A stretch of DNA of 63,272 nucleotides, filler included, from a bacterium (GTDB taxonomy: Bacteria; UBA9089; CG2-30-40-21; SBAY01), in NCBI GenBank assembly GCA_040757115.1. It is 3 parts of 3 records of this genome, joined end to end, with 100 filler letters (N's around TTAATTAATTAA, not from the genome) between each part and the next. Parts side by side here need not be neighbours in the genome. Positions count along the whole stretch, not along the records: positions 43,676 to 63,272 come from JBFLYA010000055.1; 2 more parts are not named here. One strand, 5' to 3'. Positions 50,205 to 58,522 of this stretch are shown piece by piece (positions within the stretch are counted from its first letter, which is position 1; every line of letters begins with the position of its first letter). The translations under genes were made by a program, and so were the position numbers. Below the pieces are notes generated by a model. That model did no database searches. It was not told the origin of the DNA and saw only the letters and a program-made list of their open reading frames with translations.

Positions 50205-50714
50205 ATGGAATATCAATCCCCAAGAAATTTACGATTAGAAGAAGATTATAAAAAGATGCAAGAATTGGTGAAAAAAAGCCCATTTATTACCTTTGAAGTC
50301 TCTGGTGATCCACCTAACAGGTATATTATTAACTATACCTGTCGAGGATTAAGGTTAGATGAGATAAGTAAACAGGTAATTATTGCTAATTTTCATCAAG
50401 TAGAAATTTATCTACCAACCGCTTATCCCAGAATAAGACCAAATTTAGAGTGGCTGACACCAATATATCATCCCAATATTGGAACAAATAATCAAGTCTG
50501 TCTTGGTGGTTGGGCACCTTCAGAAAGTCTGGATAGACTTTGTGTCCGATTAGGGGAGATGATTCAATATAAGAATTTTGATGAATATGACCCAATAAAC
50601 GCCAGTGCCGCGGCCTGGGCTTTGAAAAATCACGATAAATTACCTATTGACCCACGACCATTAGAGGCGGATGAACCACAATTAAAAGGAGCATACGAAA
50701 TTAAATTATCATAA
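50205..50714 (+). CDS. E2 ubiquitin-conjugating (UBC-fold) enzyme
   Basis: RLEEDYKKM helix, YP..RP, TPIYHPNI..NNQVCL (HPN plus catalytic Cys), WAPS, PINASAA. Confidence 0.92.
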   Translation: MEYQSPRNLRLEEDYKKMQELVKKSPFITFEVSGDPPNRYIINYTCRGLRLDEISKQVIIANFHQVEIYLPTAYPRIRPNLEWLTPIYHPNIGTNNQVCLGGWAPSESLDRLCVRLGEMIQYKNFDEYDPINASAAAWALKNHDKLPIDPRPLEADEPQLKGAYEIKLS

Positions 50715-50776
50715 TCAGTGAACAGTGCTGTACCTGTTTAGCGTGGTCAGAGAGCACAAATGAATGGTACTGACTT

Positions 50777-51140
50777 AGTGCGAAACCACTTCAAACACAA
50801 CAAATTGTGTAATACAAAATCAAAAATTAAATATTAAAATGCAAAATGACATATCAAATATCAAAAAATCTTGACTTCGTGTTTAATTTATTGCCTTACA
50901 AGTATACAGGTTTGCAAAAACTTTCTTGAAAGAATTCAAGGGGTCAAGGGATCCAGGGGTCGAGTGAACACCTTATTTTTCACCTTCCTTGAATCCTTGA
51001 CCCCTCGAATCCTTGATCCCTTTTTAGAGCAAAATATTTGCAAACTCAATTTATTTGGGTATATTTTTGCATTTTGCTTTGTCCTTTTGATTTTTACATT
51101 TTGATATTTGCATTAAACTCCTTGTGGAATATTTCGCACC
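50777..51140. mobile_element. Nested palindromic repeat element between E2 and JAB
   Basis: GTGCGAAA/TTTCGCAC outer ends, (CAAAAT)n/(ATTTTG)n layer, inner octamer TCAAGGGG/CCCCTCGA mirror repeats. Confidence 0.65.
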
Positions 51141-51226
51141 AGTATCCTATTGTTTAACAAAGGTTACTTCTCAAATCAACGCAATTTGGAACACTCTAAA
51201 CATGTACCTGAATTAGGAGAGTTTGA

Positions 51227-51883
51227 ATGAATACCTTTTCAAATGATGAGGAAATATTAAAAATTAGACTAACAAACGAAGAGATAGTTAAACCTATCCC
51301 TGAAAAAATGCCACTACATAATCCAAATTATGCCATTAGATTATGTGTGGATAAACCAGAATATGCCTTGAAGATATTTGTTCCTATAGAGATAATGAAG
51401 CAGATACTTGATTACTCTAAAAAAGATACTACTCGAGAATTAGGTGGGGTCTTAATTGGTGATTATTGCCTTGATAATAAGATTAAATCTATAAAAATAT
51501 CGGATTTTATTGAGGCAAGAAATACTCAAGGTGACAATAGTCATATTAGATTTAACCATGAGACATGGAATGCGATTGAACAGGAGAAAAAAACAAAGAA
51601 AATTCCTGAAGGAAAACAGATGGTCGGTTGGTTTCATACACACCCTGGCTGGGGAATATTCCTTTCAGAGGATGATTTATTCATTCATCAAAATTTCTTT
51701 AATCTTCCCTGGCAGGTAGCAATGGTCGTTGACCCGCTTCAAAAAGAACAAGGATTTTTTATCTGGGAAAATGATAAAATTATAAAATCAAGGGATTTTT
51801 ATCTTTATACTATAAAAGAAAGGGAGAGTGAACTAATATCTTTTGTCCATTCACTTTCTCAAAGTAGAAAACTTGACCGATAG
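51227..51883 (+). CDS. JAB/MPN+ (JAMM) metalloisopeptidase
   Basis: ELGGVLIG...VGWFHTHPGWGIFLSEDD (E...HxH-x7-S-x2-D), VVDP. Confidence 0.92.
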   Translation: MNTFSNDEEILKIRLTNEEIVKPIPEKMPLHNPNYAIRLCVDKPEYALKIFVPIEIMKQILDYSKKDTTRELGGVLIGDYCLDNKIKSIKISDFIEARNTQGDNSHIRFNHETWNAIEQEKKTKKIPEGKQMVGWFHTHPGWGIFLSEDDLFIHQNFFNLPWQVAMVVDPLQKEQGFFIWENDKIIKSRDFYLYTIKERESELISFVHSLSQSRKLDR

Positions 51884-51938
51884 AAAATAAGTTGATAAGG
51901 CAGAAACTTGTTTTCTTGTTTCTTTAAAAGGAGGAATT

Positions 51939-52655
51939 ATGCCAAAACTTGGAGTAAATGTTGACCATGTGGCAACAGTCAGACAGGCACGAAAAGTTAA
52001 AGAACCGAACCCAATTATTGCCGCAATGATTGCTGAACTCGCTGGTGCGGATTCTATTGTCGTCCATTTAAGAGAAGATAGAAGGCATATTCAGGAACGC
52101 GATGTGCGAGTTTTACGCGAGATAATTACGACTAAGCTAAACTTAGAAATGGCCTCTACAGACGCTATGGTAAAATTTGCCCTATCTTTAAAACCTGACC
52201 AGGCAACTTTAGTTCCGGAGCGCCGTGAAGAATTAACCACCGAAGGTGGTTTAAATGTTATTGAAAATAAAGAGAATTTAGCCTCAGCCGTTAATTTATT
52301 ACAAGATGCGGGAATTGTTGTCAGTTTATTTGTTGACCCGGATATTTCACAGATTAAAACCTCCTCAAAGATAAATGTTACTGCGATAGAATTACATACT
52401 GGAAACTATGCTAATGCTACCAGTCCTCAACAGGCTCAAGAAGAATTAGAAAAATTAGAGGATGCCGCTTCTTTTGCCATAAAACAAGGTTTAGTCGTCA
52501 ATGCTGGTCATGGGTTGAATTATCAAAATGTTATACCAATCGCTTCCATTCACGGAATAAATGAACTGAACATAGGACATTCAATCATTGCCCGGGCGAT
52601 TTTAGTTGGGATGGACGAGGCAGTAAGAGAGATGTTGGAACTTGTAAGGAGATAG
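51939..52655 (+). CDS. pdxJ: Pyridoxine 5'-phosphate synthase
   Basis: [48 protein letters not shown]. Confidence 0.97.
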   Translation: MPKLGVNVDHVATVRQARKVKEPNPIIAAMIAELAGADSIVVHLREDRRHIQERDVRVLREIITTKLNLEMASTDAMVKFALSLKPDQATLVPERREELTTEGGLNVIENKENLASAVNLLQDAGIVVSLFVDPDISQIKTSSKINVTAIELHTGNYANATSPQQAQEELEKLEDAASFAIKQGLVVNAGHGLNYQNVIPIASIHGINELNIGHSIIARAILVGMDEAVREMLELVRR

Positions 52656-52664
52656 AGACAAAAA

Positions 52665-53366
52665 ATGTTAAAACCAGAAGATTTCTTTGATTTGTCTCAT
52701 TTTGGACATAAAGCAATATTTGAAGATGTAGAGTATGTTTGGGAAGTATTGAAGAAAATCGAAACTTACATTAAGCAGGTGATTAAACCGCAGATTTCAG
52801 GCACAATTATGGATGGTGCGTTTTTAATCGGCGATAATATCCAGATTGGAAAAGGAACAGTAGTCGAACCAGGTGCTTTTATTGCTGAACCTACCATTAT
52901 TGGCAAAAATACACAGATTAGACAGGGGGCTTATGTCCGCGGGAGTGTTATTGTTGGAGATGAATGTGTCGTTGGTCATACGACCGAAATGAAGAATGCG
53001 ATTATGTTAAATAAGGCTAAAGCAGGTCATTTTGCCTATATTGGCGATTCTATTTTAGGAAATGAGGTTAATTTAGGGGCAGGAACTAAACTGGCTAACT
53101 TTAAATTTGAAAATCTCTCATCCACCGTAGATGTAAGGTGTAACGATAAAATTTATAAAACAGGATTGAGAAAATTCGGTGCTATCTTAGGAGATAAAAC
53201 CGAAACAGGTTGTAATTCAGTGATGACACCAGGTACTCTTTTGGGACCTAAATCCATTGTCTATCCTAATACTACCGTTAAAGGTTATTATCCTGCTCAT
53301 TCCATTATAAAATTAAGACAAAATTTAGAAGTAATTATTCAGCCACTGATTAGCACGGATAAATAA
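52665..53366 (+). CDS. Hexapeptide-repeat (LbH) acyltransferase, GlmU C-terminal-like
   Basis: Hexapeptide repeats, HFAYIGDSILG..VNLGAGT, TGLRKFGA. Confidence 0.85.
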   Translation: MLKPEDFFDLSHFGHKAIFEDVEYVWEVLKKIETYIKQVIKPQISGTIMDGAFLIGDNIQIGKGTVVEPGAFIAEPTIIGKNTQIRQGAYVRGSVIVGDECVVGHTTEMKNAIMLNKAKAGHFAYIGDSILGNEVNLGAGTKLANFKFENLSSTVDVRCNDKIYKTGLRKFGAILGDKTETGCNSVMTPGTLLGPKSIVYPNTTVKGYYPAHSIIKLRQNLEVIIQPLISTDK

Positions 53367-53402
53367 ATAGATAGCAGAAGATAGAGGTCAGAAGACAAAA
53401 GT

Positions 53403-53583
53403 TAGTGTGGTGTTGAGTAAGTTTTGCACGGCGTATCATCAGATTTCATAACCTGCAAACGGATAACTGGTAACTGGTTAAATAGTTTCGTCCTGAGATC
53501 AGCCAAACGGTATTTAATTACCAGTTACCAATCACCAGTTACCAGAATCAAATTCCGTGCGTTATTTGTTCAACACGACATTA
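53403..53583. mobile_element. Miniature element with heptamer core
   Basis: TAGTGTGGTGTTGA / TCAACACGACATTA inverted ends; inner GCACGG/CCGTGC and TGGTAAC/GTTACCA. Confidence 0.65.
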
Positions 53584-53632
53584 GAAGATAGATGAGAACG
53601 GAGATTCGCAAAATTAGAGGGAGGTAAAGATA

Positions 53633-54058
53633 ATGGGAAAAATTATGGTAAGGATGAGAATAAGAAACCTTTTTGATGAAGTAAGGGCAAAGAGTGGACT
53701 AATTAAAGAGGAGGAAGTCAGGGATATTACGGTTAATAATGCCCTGGTTGATACAGGGGCAACAATGCTTTCTCTACCTATAACCCTTATTGAGGAATTG
53801 GGGCTTGAACAATCTGGAACAAGAGAGGTTAGAACAGCAAATGGTATAGTTACAAGAAGGGTCTTTAGTGAAGTAAGAGCTGAAATTCAAGGAAGAGAAG
53901 GAGGATTTCAGGTTTTAGAGCTGCCAGTAGATGTTGTGCCTCTGGTTGGTCAGATTGTCCTTGAGCAGCTTGACTTATACCCTGACCCCCAGAATCAAAG
54001 ACTTACTGGAAGACCAGATGCCCCTGACCATATGGTGGTGGAATGCTATCTATCTTGA
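53633..54058 (+). CDS. Clan AA (retropepsin-like) aspartic protease
   Basis: ALVDTGAT, RTANG, LVGQIVLEQLDL. Confidence 0.88.
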   Translation: MGKIMVRMRIRNLFDEVRAKSGLIKEEEVRDITVNNALVDTGATMLSLPITLIEELGLEQSGTREVRTANGIVTRRVFSEVRAEIQGREGGFQVLELPVDVVPLVGQIVLEQLDLYPDPQNQRLTGRPDAPDHMVVECYLS

Positions 54059-54124
54059 GGATTTCTTCCTGTTTAGAGCAAAATATTTGCAAACTCAATT
54101 TATTTGGGTATAGTTACAAAGGGG

Positions 54125-54364
54125 GTAACCGTTCAGGATATAGCCACAGAGTCACAGAGAACACAGAGGGAATATATAACCACGAATGAACACAAATACA
54201 AAAAGATTTGTAGTGCGAGGCGTTAGATTCGCTTCTGGCAAGCCAAAAGGCGAACTTAAAGGTTCGCACTACATTTATGGGATGTCAGAGGTTAATTCGT
54301 ATCCATTTGTGACTAATTTCCTTAATTCTCTGTGAACTCTGTGTCTCTGTGGCTGAACGCTTAC
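54125..54364. mobile_element. IS66-like miniature element
   Basis: GTAACCGTTCAG...CTGAACGCTTAC; 8-bp duplication CAAAGGGG at 54117-54124 and 54365-54372. Confidence 0.85.
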
Positions 54365-54382
54365 CAAAGGGGATTATTTGTT

Positions 54383-55726
54383 ATGTCAGGATTATTTGGT
54401 ACCGACGGGATACGGGGCGTGGCTAATCAGTATCCTATGACTGGACAATTTGCCGTCCAACTGGGATTTGCCGCCACCAGGAAACTTTCACAAAGACAAA
54501 AAGCAAAAATAGTTGTGGGAAAAGACACACGCGTTTCTTCAGATATGCTTGAGGCAGGTTTAATTGCTGGAATTACATCCGCAGGCGGCGATGTCCTGAA
54601 AGTAGGGATTCTTCCTACCCCAGCAATTGCCTATCTAACAAAATCATTATCTGCCTGTGCGGGCATTGTTATCTCCGCCTCTCATAACCCATTTCAGGAT
54701 AATGGAATTAAATTCTTTGGCCCAGATGGACTGAAACTTAAAGATGAAATAGAAAACGAAATAGAAAATGCCTTATCAGAAGATTTCAACTATCCACCCG
54801 CAGAAAATATTGGTCGAGTTATCGAAATAAAAGATGCAAATATCCAATACTTAAATTTTGTAAAAGAAATGGCAGGTGATTCATTATCTCTTAAGGGAAT
54901 GAAAGTGGTTATTGATTGTGCCAATGGAGCGACAAGTTTTATCGCACCAACCTTATTTCAAGAAATAAAGGCAGAGGTTATTTCCTTGAACTATCAGCCT
55001 GATGGGAAAAATATTAATTTTGATTGCGGCTCACTTCATCCAGAAAAAGCCAGCCAAATGGTAAAAAATCAAAATGCCTCAATCGGTCTTTGTTTTGATG
55101 GGGATGGAGATAGGGTAATTGCCATAGATGAAGAAGGGAAAATCGTGGATGGCGATTTTATAATGGCTATCTGCGCCAAACACCTTAAAGAAAATGAGAT
55201 GTTAAATAACAACTTAGTTGTAACCACCGTAATGAGTAATATCGGATTTTATCTTGCTTTAAAAAGATTAAATATCGATACAATTACAACTAAAGTTGGC
55301 GATAGATATGTTGTTGAACAGATGTTAGAAAAAAAGGCTGTTTTAGGTGGTGAACAATCTGGCCATATTATATTTTTAAACCATTTTCCTACTGGAGATG
55401 GAATGGTTACTGCCTTGCAACTTCTCACCGTTATGCAAAAGACTTCCTTGCCTCTATCTAAATTAACCCAAATAATGAAAAAATATCCACAGGTATTGAT
55501 AAATATTCGGGTTAAGGACAAAAAAACCGACCTTGAGTCTATTTCGGAAGTCCAATCTGCCATTAAATCAGGACAAGAATCTTTAAAAGAAGAAGGCAGA
55601 ATATTAGTGCGATATTCCGGAACAGAATATTTAGCCCGAGTGATGGTAGAGGGTCCTACCGAAGATGAAATCAATAAAATAGCCAACAATATCGCCAATA
55701 TCATAAAAGAAAAAATAGGGGTGTAA
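54383..55726 (+). CDS. glmM: Phosphoglucosamine mutase
   Basis: FGTDGIRG, ISASHNP, FDGDGDR, GGEQSGH, RYSGTE; upstream GTG extension is repeat-derived. Confidence 0.95.
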   Translation: MSGLFGTDGIRGVANQYPMTGQFAVQLGFAATRKLSQRQKAKIVVGKDTRVSSDMLEAGLIAGITSAGGDVLKVGILPTPAIAYLTKSLSACAGIVISASHNPFQDNGIKFFGPDGLKLKDEIENEIENALSEDFNYPPAENIGRVIEIKDANIQYLNFVKEMAGDSLSLKGMKVVIDCANGATSFIAPTLFQEIKAEVISLNYQPDGKNINFDCGSLHPEKASQMVKNQNASIGLCFDGDGDRVIAIDEEGKIVDGDFIMAICAKHLKENEMLNNNLVVTTVMSNIGFYLALKRLNIDTITTKVGDRYVVEQMLEKKAVLGGEQSGHIIFLNHFPTGDGMVTALQLLTVMQKTSLPLSKLTQIMKKYPQVLINIRVKDKKTDLESISEVQSAIKSGQESLKEEGRILVRYSGTEYLARVMVEGPTEDEINKIANNIANIIKEKIGV

Positions 55727-55795
55727 TGAAAATTTTTCGACCTGTGCAGTTAAGATAAACCACGAAGGGCACGAAGACCACGATGAAAAAATATT

Positions 55796-56284
55796 GTAAC
55801 TATTCAGTAATTATTCAGCCACAGATTAACACAGATTGACACGGATAAATAGCAAAGGGCAGAAGGCAGAGGGCAGAAGGCAGAGGGCAGAGGAGACAGA
55901 AGACAGAGGTCAGAGGCGGATTATCCCCCGCTGGCGGGGGTTAGGGATGACTACCTCATTTGGTGAATATTTCAGAATCGATTATCCCCCGCTGGCGGGG
56001 GTTAGGGATGACTACCTCATTTGGTGAATATTTCAGAATCGATTATCCCCCGCTGGCGGGGGTTAGGGGGTAGAAATTTCCTCCACTGACACAGATGAAA
56101 TCAGGCTCGGGGCACCCATGCAGAGCATGGGTCGTGCGCCTACCAGCCTTCCCGAGTCCCGAACCCCGAGTCCCGAGTCCCGATTTTCAGAAGAACCCTT
56201 CAGCCTAATTACGGACACGGATACCGGACACGATTTACGAATTTTCAGTGTTTCATCCGTGTCCATCTGTGGCTGAATAGTTAC
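55796..56284. mobile_element. Composite IS66-like element containing a 61-bp tandem duplication
   Basis: GTAACTATTCAG...CTGAATAGTTAC; 61-bp unit at 55919 and 55980, partial at 56041. Confidence 0.7.
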
Positions 56285-56292
56285 TTTTTTTA

Positions 56293-56321
56293 TTGACATG
56301 AGATAAAATTTTTGGTAAAAT
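56293..56321 (+). promoter_or_regulatory. Strong sigma70 promoter heading the second cassette array
   Basis: TTGACA-17 bp-TAAAAT with TG extension. Confidence 0.65.
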
Positions 56322-56674
56322 ATCCCCGGAATGAACAAAACTGAAGGTAACATCCGAATTCGAGCAAAGCGAGAATCCGTAAGAATGTTGCGTAAGCAAA
56401 ATGTTGCGAAGCAAAAAATGCCCCAAAAAGCAAATTCCTATCAGTTAAAGAGTCCACTGGATACCTTGAACCTGAAGAAAGGAAGGTGAGAGGTGGCAAA
56501 AGATTGTTAATAGAAGGAGTATTCTCGCTTTTCAGCCAGAGTTGGGATATCCGAAGTACTTCGGATATCACCCCAAAATTGGGGGTATATCCGAACTTGT
56601 TCGGATATAAACAAGTTATCTGCCATTGCGGATATATGATAATCTATGGTAAAATATAGAGAGGAGAAACTCAA

Positions 56675-57154
56675 ATGAAGAAAGAAAGTTTGTATCTTGA
56701 TACCTCAGTTCCCAGTGCTTATTATGATGAGAGGGTAATGTGGCGACTTGCATATACAAGAGAGTGGTGGAGGGATGAACTTTCTAAATATGATATTTTC
56801 ATCTCAGAGATAGTGATTGCTGAAATAAGAGGCACAGAGGAATCAAGAAGGAGAACTGAATTATTAGAGTTAGTAAAAGAATTTGGAGAACTTAAGTTAT
56901 CTCCTGAAATAGAAGAGATAGCCAAGGGATATGTTAATCAAAAGGTTATCCCTCAAACTCATTTTCCAGATGCTTTGCATATAGCCCTTGCCTCATTCCA
57001 TAAGATTGATTTTTTGATTACATGGAATTGTGAACATCTCGCAGAGGCTCATAGACGAAGGAAGGTTAGGTTATTCAACACCTCTGCAGGTCTGTTTGTC
57101 CCTGAAATAGTAACTCCAATGGAACTTGTAGAGGGAGGTGAAGAAGATGTATAA
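56675..57154 (+). CDS. PIN-domain (VapC-like) toxin (cassette)
   Basis: YLDTSV, ISEIV..E, DALHIA.A, LITWNCEHLA. Confidence 0.88.
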   Translation: MKKESLYLDTSVPSAYYDERVMWRLAYTREWWRDELSKYDIFISEIVIAEIRGTEESRRRTELLELVKEFGELKLSPEIEEIAKGYVNQKVIPQTHFPDALHIALASFHKIDFLITWNCEHLAEAHRRRKVRLFNTSAGLFVPEIVTPMELVEGGEEDV

Positions 57155-57329
57155 AAGAGACCCTATGTTAGAGGAGATTCATAAGATTAGAAGGAAAATA
57201 TGGGATGAAAGTGAACATAATCCTCATTCTTTGGTAGAGAATATCCAAAAAGAAGCCAAGGAGTTTATTGAAGAGTGTGGATACAGATATGTGGATACAG
57301 GAGACGGTTATAGAAAGATTGTCAAGTAA
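57147..57329 (+). CDS. Small putative antitoxin
   Basis: DPMLEEIHKIRRKI motif; overlaps the PIN gene; GGAGGTG SD. Confidence 0.65.
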   Translation: MYKRDPMLEEIHKIRRKIWDESEHNPHSLVENIQKEAKEFIEECGYRYVDTGDGYRKIVK

Positions 57330-57353
57330 GATAAAATGCAGACCCGCAACAGC

Positions 57354-57658
57354 AGATAACACGGTGTAAAAGACTACACTTCGTTCCGTCCAAATTCTGC
57401 TTACGCAGAACTTCTTTTACACCGAAAACGATAACCAAAATGTCGCTTCGCTCCATTTTGGTTATGGGGATGCGGATGAGCGAAAGGCGAAAGCTTTATG
57501 TAACTCAAAGGGGATTTTTTGAAAAAGGGAAGTTGCGAAGCGTCACTTCGGCTATCAGCGGCGGGGCACCTGCTTGCGGGTCGGGGCTGAAGCCAAAATG
57601 CCCCCCGACCCACTTCGTGGGTACCCCGGGCACTTCGCTCATCCGCATCCAGTTAGGC
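57354..57658 (+). mobile_element. Long attC-like site (305 bp)
   Basis: GCAGATAAC complements GTTATCTGC (56615); ends GTTAGGC; long IR GGATGCGGATGAGCGAA/TTCGCTCATCCGCATCC; related copy at 62095-62419. Confidence 0.7.
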
Positions 57659-57700
57659 GACATTTTGCTTGGTGAACTATACGATTAATGAGGTTGTAAA

Positions 57701-58522
57701 ATGGACAAAATACATCCAAATAATAAATTAAATGATTTACCAGGGGATAAATGGATTTTTTTAACCCAGTCTGTTATTAAAACAAATTATCCCAAAAATC
57801 ACGGATTTTTACTTCGTCAGCAACACGGTGCAAATAAACCACCAGAACTTATGAAAGATTTGATTCTATTTTTTACTAAAAAAGACTCAACGGTTTTTGA
57901 TCCTTTTGCAGGGGTTGGAGGAACTTTATTAGGTGCATCTTTATGTGGGAGAAAAGCTTTAGGAGTTGAGATAAACCCAAAATGGATTTCAATATATAAA
58001 GAAGTATGCAAAGATGAAAATATTAAGCAACAAGAGATTATTGAGGGTGATTGTCTTGAGATAATGGATGCTCTTATACATGCGAAAAAAAAGTTTAGTC
58101 TGATTCTTACAGATCCTCCCTACAATATTAATCTTGAAAGAACAATGTGCCGTGGGGACTATCCTAATAGAAATAGACATACAGATTTTAAAGAGTTTTC
58201 TAAATATGCCCAAGATTTCAGCAATTGTAAAACATATGAACACTATTTAGATAAGATGGCACTTTTTATTGAAAGAAGTTTTAAGTTGCTATTCAAAAAT
58301 AAATATTTGATAATACTGACTAAAAATGCTTACCAAAATGGCAAATATATATTAGTAAACCAAGATATAGCAAAAATAGCACAATCTCGCGATTTTACTT
58401 TGAAAGGTGAAATCATCTGGTGTCAAAATGGTGTTCGTTTACGTCCCTATGGTTATCCGTTCAGCTATGTACCAAATATAATTCATCACAACATACTTAT
58501 CTTTAAAAAAGAGGTGTTATAA
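57701..58522 (+). CDS. N6A/N4C DNA methyltransferase
   Basis: HGANKP, FDPFAGVGG, GVEIN, LTDPPY. Confidence 0.88.
   Translation: MDKIHPNNKLNDLPGDKWIFLTQSVIKTNYPKNHGFLLRQQHGANKPPELMKDLILFFTKKDSTVFDPFAGVGGTLLGASLCGRKALGVEINPKWISIYKEVCKDENIKQQEIIEGDCLEIMDALIHAKKKFSLILTDPPYNINLERTMCRGDYPNRNRHTDFKEFSKYAQDFSNCKTYEHYLDKMALFIERSFKLLFKNKYLIILTKNAYQNGKYILVNQDIAKIAQSRDFTLKGEIIWCQNGVRLRPYGYPFSYVPNIIHHNILIFKKEVL

Noticed and set aside
55919-56068. CRISPR-like palindromic repeat CCCCCGCTGGCGGGGG three times at 61-bp period
   Set aside because: The two would-be spacers are identical, there are no cas genes, and the same motif is part of the element at 30961; it is a tandem duplication inside a repeat element
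57401-57688. ORFs 57401-57613, 57440-57688, 61978-62460 and 62258-62587
   Set aside because: They translate the GC-rich attC-like repeats
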